From Octopus bimaculoides (Eukaryota): a DNA stretch of 64,000 bases. The stretch is from contig NC_068985.1 in the NCBI RefSeq assembly GCF_001194135.2, positions 16,414,275-16,478,274 of the forward strand. Reading direction: 5' to 3'. The notes below the pieces were generated by a model. The model saw nothing but the letters and a program-made list of their open reading frames with translations. It was not told where the DNA came from and made no database searches. The first letter of the stretch is position 1. The number at the start of each line of letters is the position of its first letter. Below, in pieces: positions 50,701 to 63,121 of this stretch. The position numbers and the translations under genes are program-made.

Positions 50701-53064
50701 TTTAGACTAAGACTAGTTTTCCAACATTTTTTGACCCATGATACACTGAATAATGTGCTTAAAAGTGTTAAGACATACCATCAGGTTCACAAAGATAATA
50801 GAAAGCAATTTGAAATCAGAGTCTAAATAAAACATGGAAATGTCATTAAAAAGTTCACTTCACAACAGCGTTCCATTCCACTGTAGGGCACATTGAGCAA
50901 GTGTCTTCTACTGTGTTCTCATACTGACCAATAACTGGATGTGATTTGGCAGACAGAAGCCCATTTCATGTGTATATACATGTGTGTATGTGTATGTTTA
51001 TGTCTTTACATTGGCTTAAAACCGGATTTTTTTTTGTTTGTGTTGCTTTATGTCTTGTAACTTAGCAGATCAACAAACAGGTTTAAATATAACAACTATA
51101 AGGGTTGATATTGCTGGCTAAATCCCTTAAATGTGATGCCCAAGCAAGGCTGCAGTCCAATGTCTGAAACCAGTATTAGAAAAATAAAAGCACAAAAATA
51201 TGGCAAAGCATTTTCTCGACCACTTTCTCAATGTCTCCAATCCATTTTTATGTTAGAACGTCAGAATAATATCTTGCAGCATTTTTGGCTCTTCTTGTTC
51301 TAAGTTCAAATCCCATCAGAACAACTTAGTCTCCCATGTTTTTGGGGGGGTCAATAAAATAAAGTACCAGTCAAGTACTGAGATAGATGTAATCGACGTA
51401 TCCTTCCCATTAAAATTGCTGGCTTTTTGTCTAAATTATAAACAGCAGTATCCTACTGGAATTATAGGTGACATCATCTACCAGCAAAATTCTGTTTTAT
51501 AAGTACTCGAGTTAATAACACAACATTCAAGCCAAGAAAGGAGTTTTTAAGTGGTCATCCCACATACTAATAGTAATAGTCAAATTTCCTTCAAATCACA
51601 CACCATCATTTAAAAAAATTGGAAAGATGCATTAAATAAACAACTACAGCATGGAAGATACATATTAGCCATTCCAAAAATACACCAAGACTTAACTTCA
51701 CTTAAACATTTATTATTTGGTGTCAAAATTTTCATCACACCAACTACAACTTCGTCATTGACACAGTTCTATAGCAGTCAAGATCATGGCACACAAAAAA
51801 ATAATAATAAATGCTTAAATTATGATTTTGTGTGTTTTTGAATGGCTGATATATCTTCAGTGCAGTAACTATTGCAATACTCGATCTCAGATCAAGCCGC
51901 TTGCCAAGCAAGAACATCTCCAACATTAAATAATCTATGATATCTGCCAAAGACAGAATCATTACAGCTGGAATGACATGATCAGTGTTGATTTGGAGAT
52001 TAAATAACAAATTAACACATTTTTGTCAAAAGAAACCATTTTTGAATTTTCGATGACATTTTGTAATGATACAAAATAAATCATATATTAGCCACAAAGG
52101 TCTAAACTGTTGACATTATCTGTTTGGTTCATAAGAGACTTGGCATTTATAAATACATGCACTTTAATTCCTTATATATAATGAAATAAATGAGAGTCGT
52201 TAACTCTGGAAATATTCAAACCGATTAAATAAATGCTATCTTATTTTGTGTGTGTGTGTGTGGATAATATTGTCTTGTTTGTGAAGAAAGTCAACTGCAC
52301 AATATTTGAAAATGTTAATGATGGTATAATTGTATGTAGAAAGAGTTGTAATGCTTGCAACTATGTGTTAACAAGGATGGGTAATCTCACTTAAAATGTC
52401 TCCCCAGAGTGAGAAAATTACTGGCTTGTCAGGTGACTCACAAAGGAAATTACATCAGATTATTCTCCTCACAAAAATTACCATAGGAGACAAAGGTAGA
52501 AGCCAGTCTTTATGTAGTAGTTTGAAATGCTAGAAATAGTAGCCACATCTCTCTCAAATGCACCACCCATTTTGAAGAGGAAGGACACTTTAACTAATGC
52601 AGTTTTGAATACACAAATACTTGAGAAAATGAGAGGATGATAATGGTTGGAACACCATCCGTCATGGTGTTAACTGGATCAAGGCTAACGAGCTAAATTA
52701 GAGCAACCGACTGTCCTTCAACACTTTCCAACCTTAAAAGAGATACACGCACACTGGTTAGTGTAGTCTGAGATACACCATGCCAGAAAGCAAAACAAGA
52801 CGTGAGACAAGAGACCCTCTATGAAGTCACGACCTTCTTTCTAAAAATAGCCAAACCTCACTTAAATCATAACCTACCAGCTTAAACTCAGAAAATACAC
52901 ATAGGCGCAAGCATAGTTGTGTGGTAAGAAGCTTGCTTCTTAACCATATGGTTCTGGTCTCATTGCATGGCCCTTTGGACAAGTGTCTTCTACTATGCCC
53001 TACAGCTGACCAAAACCTTATTGAAAGAAACACGTCATGACTCCTTCTTCTTCTTCTTTCTCTT

Positions 53065-53690
53065 ATCATCATCATCATCATCATCATCATCGTTTAACGT
53101 CCGCTTTCCATGCTAGCATGGGTTGGACGATTTGACTGAGGACTGGTGAAACCGGATGGCAACACCAGGCTCCAGTCTGATTTGGCAGAGTTTCTACAGC
53201 TGGATGCCCTTCCTAACGCCAACCACTCAGAGAGTGTAGTGGGTGCTTTTACGTGTCACCCGCACGAAAACGGCCACGCTCGAAATGGTGTCTTTTATGT
53301 GCCACCCGCACAAGCCAGTCCAGGGGCACTGGCAACGATCTCGCTCGAAAATCCTACAGGAGCCAGTCAGGCGGTACTGGCAACGGCCACGCTCAAAATG
53401 GTGCATCTCATGTGCCACCCGCACAAGAACCAGTCCAGGGGCACTGGCAACGATCTTACTTGGCTTGCCGGGTCTTCTCACGCACAGCACATTTCCAAAG
53501 GTCTCGGTCAGTAGTCATCGCCTCGGTGAGGCCCAATGTACGAAGGTCTTGCCTCACCACCTCAGCCCAGGTCTGCCTGGGCCTACCTCTTCCACGGGTT
53601 CCCTCAACTGTTAGGGTGTGGCACTTTTTCACGCAGCTATCCTCCTCCATTCTCACCACATGTCCATACCAGCGCAATCGTCTTATCCTT
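53065..53690 (-). mobile_element. Young 5'-truncated RTE LINE: ORF C-terminus plus 3'UTR with internal tandem duplication
   Basis: RWYGHVVRMEEDSCVKKC...GRGRPRQTW...DRDLWKCAV (53677-53456); duplicated GGCCACGCTC..AATGGTG...CCAGGGGCACTGGCAACGATCT block; (ATC)n tail. Confidence 0.9.
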
Positions 53691-54672
53691 CCTCCTAATT
53701 CCCTCTCCCCACATAATATCTGCCCTACTTACTTCCTCTCGGTATAAGCACAAAAACAAGGTTTGGAAGACGCACAATGCGACAGAACACCTTTGATGCA
53801 AGTCTGATGAAATGCCTCTCTAATGTCTAAAACGACAAACATTACGTAAATGTTTACATCGAATTTTTGAAAGTAGAATTGGTACAGAAAGTAGAATTGA
53901 TACAGAAACAATTCTAACGAATCATTAAAGATATGTTAAAGAATGTTCTTTGTTTTATTATTATTTTGATATACGTGTGTGTGTGTGTGTGTGTCCACCC
54001 CACCACTTGCCAACCAGTGTTGATATGTTTACGTCCCCGTAATTTAGCAGCTCCACAAAAGAGACTGGTAAAATAAGTACTGGGGTCGATTCATTCGACC
54101 AAAAATTCTTCAAGGCCGTGCCTTAACATGGCCGGAGTCTAATGACCGAAACAAGATAAAATATAAATTGCACAATATAGTATTAGGTACCTAAAAAAGG
54201 AAATGGTGGTCATGGTCAGAACGCCTTTGGCCAGCTAGATCAGGGCTGACCTTGGGTCAAATAAGAACAAAAACAATAAATAAGTCCATGGATTGAACGC
54301 CTTTCATTATAGGTCTAGCAGATCAAAGCTGATCTGGGGCAAAATAGTTGGACTTCCTTTGCATAGTACTTCTACAGGATTTAGACAGACCTAGGGCTAA
54401 AAACTAGTAAATCTAGTGAAGTGTATGTAATAATTGGAACAAGAAATTACTATCCTGTTACCACACATATTTTTTGTTTGTGCAACAATGTCACCAGAGA
54501 CAATAAACAAGATAAACTTGAATAGGACAGTAAAGTTAAAGATAACTTCAATTTCGGCTATTAACCTGTTTTAACTGTCACACGAGGTTTGCTGACTAAA
54601 GATTTTAAAAAAATCTATCAGTCAAAAAGGGAGAATGCAGCTTTTCTTAGTGACAGCATATGCGTGTATGTG

Positions 54673-54710
<38 letters not shown>

Positions 54711-55021
54711 CGTGAGTATATAAGTATGTATGTAACATGTATATACACTACATATATTCATACATTCAGACAGACAGATAGATATAACTGATATTTAGCA
54801 GGAGCAATAGAGTGAGTCAAGGATTGAGAGTTTCATGCTTTTGTACATACATCAAACATTTGATAAGTGCTAATAACCTAAACTTTCGGCTTTTGAGTCA
54901 CTCTATTGCTTCTACTAAATATTAAGAAAATATGCTTTCGGTGCGAATGGTTATTTTTTTATAGCGCCGTGGTTTACAATTCTGTAAATAATAATAATGT
55001 TATTTCGTATAACCTTGTGGC

Positions 55022-55177
55022 GATCACAGTGCAATGACTAAGGGAAATAGTTTAATAAAGGGGCATATAAGCCCTCAACAGAAAAAAGAAGGTGGATAGG
55101 AAATCCTTCTTTTTTTCTGTCGAGGGCTTATATGCCCCTTTATTAAACTATTTTCCTTGGTCATTGCACGGTGATCA
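55022..55177. repeat. Hairpin with ~70-bp arms
   Basis: GATCACAGTGCAATGAC...CAGAAAAAAGAAGG versus CCTTCTTTTTTTCTG...GTCATTGCACGGTGATC. Confidence 0.85.
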
Positions 55178-55239
55178 CCATAAGCTTTAAGCTTATATAA
55201 AAATACCATTATTAAAAATATATATATATATATATATAT

Positions 55240-56147
55240 TATTGTGTCTGGGGAGAGTCATTCTCTTTTCATGCCTTATTATTTAACACACACACACCGG
55301 TTCGATTTCCACTCATTTAGTTATTTGTTTTTTCTAAAATTTTATTGCGTCAAGCAAACTTTTTAATAGTCGTTTGTCCGTTATCAGAGCTGCTTTCTTT
55401 TCGTTTTGTTTGTTTGTGCGCATGTGTGTGTGTCAGTGTGCATGTGTATACACATATGTATTTATGNNNNNNNNNNNNNNNNNNNNNNNNNNNNNNNNNN
55501 NNNNNNNNNNNNNNNNNNNNNNNNNNNNNNNNNNNNNNNNNNNNNNNNNNNNNNNNNNNNNNNNNNNNNNNNNNNNNNNNNNNNNNNNNNNNNNNNNNNN
55601 NNNNNNNNNNNNNNNNNNNNNNNNNNNNNNNNNNNNNNNNNNNNNNNNNNNNNNNNNNNNNNNNNNNNNNNNNNNNNNNNNNNNNNNNNNNNNNNNNNNN
55701 NNNTATGTATGTATGTATTATGTATGTATGTGTGTGTGTATGTATGCATATTTGCATGCGTGTACGTTTGTATACATGTGTGTATGTATTCTGCATATTC
55801 ATGTGTGTGTTCATGTTTGAGTGTGTGTATGTGTATGTACAAACACACAAACATGAATATGCAGAACACATGCATACATACATACATACATACATACAAA
55901 TATACACACACGCATACATACATACATACATACATACATACATACATACATACATACATACATACATAACGCACAAACAAACAGAAAGAAGCCAGCTCTG
56001 ATAACGGACAGAGTCAACGACTTGAAAAGGTTGAAAGCCGCAACAAGAATTTTAGAAAAAATAAATAACTAAATGGGTGGAAATCGAACCGGTGAGTGTG
56101 TTAAATAAAAAGGTACTAAAAGAGAATGACTCTCCCCAGACACAATG
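55240..56147. mobile_element. Fold-back element with ~150-bp inverted arms around a microsatellite core
   Basis: ATTGTGTCTGGGGAGAGTCATTCTCTTTT / AAAAGAGAATGACTCTCCCCAGACACAAT and GTCCGTTATCAGAGCTG / CAGCTCTGATAACGGAC. Confidence 0.8.
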
Positions 56148-56396
56148 AAACATACTTCAACACATGAATTCAGATAAAGAATCTTGCAAACCAAGTAAAA
56201 AAACGATAGATAGGCCGGGGGTCCGTGTGAGCGTGGGGTAAATAGTTAATCCCCCACCCCCAAAAAACGAAAAACAAGCACAAGAAAAAAAAAAACGCCA
56301 GGACTTCATACATGCAAAATGTAACCACATGTGGATCGTTAGCGATTTTTTCCCTCTGTCTTCCTTTTCTCTTGGACGTACCGCCGTCTCTTGTTT

Positions 56397-56453
56397 CTGA
56401 CGAAGAGCTTTGCTCGAAATGTAAAACTACCTTTCTTTCCTTCCCTGAGCGTC
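56397..56453 (+). ncRNA. Minimal type I hammerhead-ribozyme motif with intact core nucleotides
   Basis: CTGACGA-A-GAGC ttt GCTC-GAAA-TGT...TGAGC-GTC: canonical CUGANGA, 4-bp stem II, GAAA and GUC cleavage triplet. Stem I pairing is poor in the monomer. Confidence 0.65.
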
Positions 56454-59400
56454 TGCTAATACTTTGCATGTACCACGCCCTCGCGCTGTTGATTTTTCTT
56501 GTGTTTGTTCTTGGTTTTTTTTTTTAATATATGTATATATGTATATACTCTTTTAATTGTTTCAGNNNNNNNNNNNNNNNNNNNNNNNNNNNNNNNNNNN
56601 NNNNNNNNNNNNNNNNNNNNNNNNNNNNNNNNNNNNNNNNNNNNNNNNNNNNNNNNNNNNNNNNNNNNNNNNNNNNNNNNNNNNNNNNNNNNNNNNNNNN
56701 NNNNNNNNNNNNNNNNNNNNNNNNNNNNNNNNNNNNNNNNNNNNNNNNNNNNNNNNNNNNNNNNNNNNNNNNNNNNNNNNNNNNNNNNNNNNNNNNNNNN
56801 NNNNNNNNNNNNNNNNNNNNNNNNNNNNNNNNNNNNNNNNNNNNNNNNNNNNNNNNNNNNNNNNNNNNNNNNNNNNNNNNNNNNNNNNNNNNNNNNNNNN
56901 NNNNNNNNNNNNNNNNNNNNNNNNNNNNNNNNNNNNNNNNNNNNNNNNNNNNNNNNNNNNNNNNNNNNNNNNNNNNNNNNNNNNNNNNNNNNNNNNNNNN
57001 NNNNNNNNNNNNNNNNNNNNNNNNNNNNNNNNNNNNNNNNNNNNNNNNNNNNNNNNNNNNNNNNNNNNNNNNNNNNNNNNNNNNNNNNNNNNNNNNNNNN
57101 NNNNNNNACTTCAGCTTCATAATTATTCTTATTTTACTGTCCTTTGTCTTTAATCTTTCGTCACACGTACTGTGACCTCTTCAGCAACTCACCATCCCAC
57201 GTGTCTGTTTAGTCCATTCTGAGACAAGTGGAATTAAGAGTCACTGAAGAGGTCACAGGAGTGTCACGAAAGATTTCAGACAAAGTACACTAAAGTTAAG
57301 AATAATAACGAAGCTGAAGTGAAGAACGAGTGTATAGTACGTCTGGTTATTTTGGTAAAAACAAAACAAAAAAAAAACCATCCCCAAATATAACAATATT
57401 TGTTTCAACACACGGTTTCATATCAGGAATTTTGCATACATAAACGTACACACACACAGATGTATATATATATATATATAGTGTCTTTTACGTATTTCAG
57501 ACAGCAGCTATGATGCAGCACTGCTTTGAAGACCTCTTAGTCGAATAAATCAACCCCAGTATTTTTTCTTTTGAGTCTGATAATTATTCTATCAAACTAT
57601 TTTACCAAAGCGTTGTTACAGGGACGTACACCGGTTGTAAAGCGGTGGTGAGACCTCTCTCTCTCTCTCAATACACACACACACACGCACACATATATAC
57701 ACACATATATAGATATATATATAGAGAGAGAGAGGGGGGGCACAGGCACGTAGACAGCAGACAGGTGCATTGACATATAAAAGTATAGACCTTAGGATAA
57801 TATTACAGTAATCAACTACATACAACAGACAAATATGTTTCATAAGCATAGAAATAAAATTTAGTGTCGTTTAAAACTGACAGCGGCAGGACAACACTGC
57901 TAATTTGGGTGTCATTAATTACAAAAGAAACCAAGAAAAACTTTTTACTATGAAAAATAAAAAAAAATTTCCTACTTTTTACCTTTTGTCCTTTTGCCCC
58001 ACTGTCAGCTTTAGGCCCTTTTCTATTTCTCTTTTATTGCCTGTCAGTTTTCTATCAGTTTGTTGCTGTGTTGTTTTTTTTTTCACCCATTTTCGGTAAA
58101 CGAGAGGGGGGGGAGTAGTTAATAGCCGTCTCTTTACCTACCATTCTGTCTTTCATTTACTCATTTACTCTATCACTACGACTTTCTTTTACTCTCTATC
58201 AATATCTTTCTTTTCTACTACTTGGTTTTATCTTTTTTTTTGTTTCTAGTAAGTACTTTTTCATGTACAATTTAATTTCTTTTTCTTTTTTTTTTTTCAA
58301 ATTAACATAATTCACATAAATTAACATAAATTCACATGAAAATTTAAGCACAATTTAAAGAAACTGCTTAATCACCCCCTCTTTTTTCTTTTTCTTTGTT
58401 TCCTTGAAATTAAATTGTTACAATCTTTATATGAATCAAATTCTCTTTCTTGTGATTTTTAATTATCCTCCCCCAGAGGGAGTTTTATCAACTAATTTTT
58501 AAGATAATGTCGGTGGATCAAAATTTTTCCACGTGAGATTTTCCCCATGCTTATGCTCAACGTTGACTGGAAAATAACCTACTAACTTACGGAATTTTTC
58601 TTCCAATCCAAACTTATTTCTTATCTACTTACACAGCTCTGTCAGCATGGTTTCTCATTTCTAAACTATACACAATCCCTGCAGTAATTATACACACACA
58701 CGCACAGATATACATATGCATGTACACACACATGCGAAAAAATTCACTGTATTAATGAGTAATGAACCGCTTCCGTTGACAAACTAGAAGTGTAGAAGAG
58801 AGAGAGAAAGAAAGAGATAGAGAAAGAAAGAGAGGGAGAAAGAAAGAGAGAGAAAAAGAAAGAAAGAGAGAAAGAAAGAAAGAGAAAGAAAGAAAGAGAG
58901 AGAGTGTGTGTGTGTGTGCGTGCGTGCATTGTAATTGTTTTGCAGATTGAGTGGAAAGCGACGATAGGCATAACGCGGTAGAGATTCGCGCATTTTGTTA
59001 TATAATGGGTTGAAAAAACTTTGATCTCGCAAGGTTATCACAAAAATGAAGTGACAAAAATTCTCTCCAGGGCGTGTGTTTAAAATCTAAAATCTACAAC
59101 TAGTGAGTAATATTTTTTTTTAGTTTATCTTAGAAAGTTATTTACAGTGAATGTTGTTTACCAAACAATAAATCTTGTTTTATTTTTTCTTTGAAAGTTA
59201 TGAATTCTTTTTATACACTTTCCTGTAAGTCAGACCGTCTCGTGGTCCAGGCAGACAAAATGGAAAAGGCGTTGCCCCGGAAGATAGCTAGGGAGATACG
59301 CTGGAACAGCCACTGACTCACTGGACTTGCATTTACGGACAAGACTAGTAAAACAGAGATCGATTGAAAAAATATATCTACATATAGTGAGAGATAGAGA

Positions 59401-59881
59401 TAGAGCTCTCTCTCTCTCTCTCTCTCTCGTGTCTGTGTAACCGACAGACAGTTTATGAAGCTATTTATTGCTTTAGTAAATCCACCGCTGTCATGGTCTG
59501 CTCATTGTAATATGTTGATACACTGCGTTCTGGTATCCATTTTATGACCAGTGACACTTTATATTCTATCTGTGTCAAAGACTTCATTGTTCATATACCC
59601 ATGGATAGATTTAATAAACGGCAACTTTTGACATAAAACTGGCCTCCAAATACCTGCAGCATTAGCACATTCCCTGCTAGCTCTAGTTATTATTGATGGA
59701 TAGATGCAGGTCAGCTTTAAATGACAAGAGATATGAATCATAGATAGCCAAGCGAATGAAAATGAGCGATCGTTAAATCTACTGTTCGAGATATACCTTT
59801 CTTGCGTCAAAAAGTCATTTAAGAACCATACTGTACACTGATATGCATTTGTTAATCCTATAGAGGTGTTGCAACATAGAT

Positions 59882-59990
59882 AATACATTGTAGTGTTATG
59901 GGTTAATTTGATACATTGTAGTGTTCTGGGTTGATTTGATACATTGTAGTGTTCTGGGTTAATTTGATACATTGTAGTGTTCTGGGTCAA
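59882..59990. repeat. 28-bp minisatellite, about 4 copies
   Basis: Unit ATACATTGTAGTGTTCTGGGTTAATTTG in direct tandem without spacers. Confidence 0.9.
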
Positions 59991-60344
59991 TGAAGTCTTC
60001 ATGGCTGGAAGCTTTTGATTATTATCAACAACTTTCCCAGCATTAAAGATGTTCTCTTATTAAGGGATGGGGGTTCATGTCACTTTCAGTTTTCTTGAAA
60101 GCGAAACAAACCCTGTGTGTTTATCATGGATACCGATACTAGAGCAGTTTACTTTCATATTCGAACAATCCTTTCTCGTTATATCAAGCCTTATTGAGCA
60201 AAACTAAAATAGGGTCAGGTGTAGCTAACTCGGACACCAGAACAAGCACTCCTTCCAGATGTATTTGATGGTTCTTGTGTCGGCCTAACAAGTATTGCAG
60301 CTGTCTGATCAATTGAATTATCTCCTCATTGAATAATAATCCAT

Positions 60345-60545
60345 AATCCAAGGCCTGAAATTTTGGGGAAGGGGGCTAGTCGATTATATCGACTCCAATA
60401 CGTAATTAGTACGTAATTTATCGACCCTGAAAGGATAAAAGGCAAAGTCGACCTCGGCGGAATTTGAACTCAGAATGTAGCAGCAGACGAAATACCGCTA
60501 AGCATTTCGCCCGGCGTGCTAACAATTCTGCTAGCTCGCCGCTTT
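60345..60545 (-). repeat. Well-preserved tRNA-derived SINE
   Basis: Minus strand GCGGCGAGCTAGCAGAATTGTTAGCACGCCGGGCGAAATGCTTAGCGG...GAGTTCAAATTCCGCCGAGGTCGACTTTGCC; A- and B-box-like motifs. Confidence 0.85.
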
Positions 60546-63060
60546 TCCTCATTAAATAATAAAGTGGATTGATATTCTACAGACCACTGACGTCATTCTC
60601 AGGCAGAATCGGTATGAACTGAACATAGTGAGTGATAAGAATAGCCTATTGAATTATTTACAAGCCAGTGCATCGGACCGGCCTCCATATAGTTTCTGCC
60701 CTATTCCTTGACGTGTTGCTATTGTTGAAGATACTCGCCCCAAGATGCCTCACAGTGGAATCACACCAAGAACCTCACGATTGCCAAGCAAATTTTTCAC
60801 CATTCGGCTATATCTATGTCGTTTCTGTAAATAAATTTAGCATAATACATAGATATTTTATATTATACATATATACAATATCCTTTTGTCAGAAGAATAA
60901 GAACTTTACGGCATCTTCTCTTATTGTAGAGGGAAAAATAGTCGAGTAGATATGGTACTGGATTTACAGTTCATGTCTTACATTCCAATACATCCAGCTG
61001 TTTTATCGGAGACTAATTCTATCTTCAACCAAATTATTGTTTAGCTCTGATCAAAGACATTCCAATCATGATCGTGTCTTTCCCAAGTACAATGCACCGA
61101 GAATCACAATATCCAATGTTTTCTCATTTTCTATGATGCTACAATATCATTTAAGAGAGATTTAACTGCCACTTGTAAAGGATCAACTGGTCATGTAGAA
61201 GCTCTCTCATTAAGTTCTGTGTTGAGGTACCAAATAAGTTATAGAGAGCACCACTTAATCACCAAATCAACTGGGAATGTAATATTATTATAAAACTGAC
61301 ATTCTATCCGAAGAGAGACTTATCTCTTATCCACTTCACACCAAGAAACCAGAGCTAAATTTACAATTTAAGGTTCATTTGGTGTCTTTGAAAATAAATA
61401 GAATGGATGTACACGTTTTGTAACCTTGTTACAAGGTCATGAATATAATCTCTGGGAAAAGTTACATATTTCTTACTGTTGCACTCAGCAAATACTTTAC
61501 TAAAATAAATTTTGCTTATATACTTTAAGTCCAGTATTTAAGAAAAACAAGCGATATATTTGCTGTTAATTTTATCTAATGTTTTCATACGTTAATAATG
61601 CCATGTACTTTGGTTAGTTAATGTTCCAAAACATTAGTTGTCAAAGTTTCTGCTCCAGATGTGTGACATAATTTTGACAAAAGGAATGAGTTCTAATAAT
61701 TCACAATAGTAATTAAAAAAAAACTAACTCTAATGAATGCATTAATAGAATTAAACTTAATTGTTTCATATTATTTATAAAAAGAGCCCATTCTTTATTA
61801 ACATTGTTTTTTTAACCAAGAGCGTAAGTGGGATATTTACTTATATAATTATTGTAAGAAAAACGTAGGGAAAACTATAGATATACCTTAAATTTTTAAT
61901 AAAATAATTACATTGCATATCCATTTTGACAACAATGAATAAAAATGTTGATATTTTTCCGAAAGTAGAAATGAAGTACTTTGTACTTTCTTATGACTGG
62001 TAAATAAACTTAGCATACTTCTGGAATAAGGTATATGCAGTCTTCTTTTTTTTCTCTTCCACGCTTATCTTACCTCAAGGTTACTTTGAGAATATTTCTG
62101 AACATTTTCCAATTGAAAGGTATTAGTACACATGAAACGAGTAAAATAAAATCAAATGAACTATGATGGTTACAAACTTTCATACACTTTCATTTCAAAC
62201 TTAAACAACTTAAATTTTTTTTTCACTATGTGCGTATACACAATTGCATATTAAGATATGTGCGCAAAGTTTTGAGCATACTCAGGTGCGTTTTATTAGG
62301 TTAAGACAGACAGCGTGTCTTTATCTTATGCTGTACCTATTATCCAACCTAGAAAAGGGGGTAAACGGTGAGGCAAACAAGATAACTCATCTGCTCAGAA
62401 TTGTCCAGCTAAGATGGATGGCATAAATGGTTCCAATAAGATTTAAAACTGTCGTTGAAAATTTGATCTAATTTCAGGGATTATAATATATATATAATTC
62501 CAGAAGTTAGACAGTGTGTGTGGGGGGGGGTCTGTGTATATATGTGTGTGTGTGCGTGTTTATATATATATATATAGTCCGGTCACCTAGAGTACTCAAA
62601 GATGAGTTTGAGAACCATAGGTCGAAACAATGTATATTGTCGAACTAACGATCATGGGTTAGATACTGTGTGTGTGTGTGTGTGCGTGTGCGTGCGTGCA
62701 TGTGAGTGTGTGTGCGAGCGTGTGTGCAGTTAGAAAGAGCGATAAAGTAGTTCGGTATTTGTTGGTAGTGTGTTAAATTTGTCATTTAAATATTCATTTA
62801 ATCACATGATATTCTTTTAGTCAAATACTTGATTTAATGCATTCTTCAAACCAGATTATTTACTAAGCTAATTAATGCGACCAAGTTAAAAATTTACTGA
62901 GAAATACCTTGCTTCAGTTAAATTTCAGTTGGGTCGAAAGAGTGTTAAATAGAAAAAAATACATAAAATTCTTTCTAAATTTAATACGTGTTTTTCCATA
63001 AAGTTTCCGTACTGCAAACATGTAAAAAGAAGTTAATCAAAATTGTAAATAGGCACTTAC

Positions 63061-63121
63061 CTAATTGTATCCATAGTGTCAGCAGAAATATAGAGACAGG
63101 GATAATCAGAAAAGACTTCAT
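63061..63121 (-). CDS. Ly6/three-finger gene B, coding exon 1 (signal peptide MKSFLIIPVSIFLLTLWIQL-G)
   Basis: ATG at 63121-63119, 20 mostly hydrophobic codons plus 1 nt, strong donor AG|GTAAGT at 63060. An upstream acceptor (TTGTAG| at 63132) implies a further 5'UTR exon. Linkage to the exon at 35039 is inferred from phase and product. Confidence 0.75.

Noticed and set aside
51744-52010. 88-aa minus-strand ORF
   Set aside because: No recognisable motif or splice chain, and a non-ATG start.
52263-52385. Plus-strand VNCTIFENVNDGIIVCRKSCNAC, Cys-rich and toxin-like
   Set aside because: Weak splice sites, no partner exons, follows a (GT)n tract; likely chance.
59882-59990. CRISPR-like 28-bp repeat
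   Set aside because: Units are directly adjacent with no spacers, no cas genes, eukaryotic context.
62590-62645. Further hammerhead-like motif (AAAGATGAG...GTCGAAAC...GTC)
   Set aside because: The CUGA core is absent and stem II does not pair convincingly.
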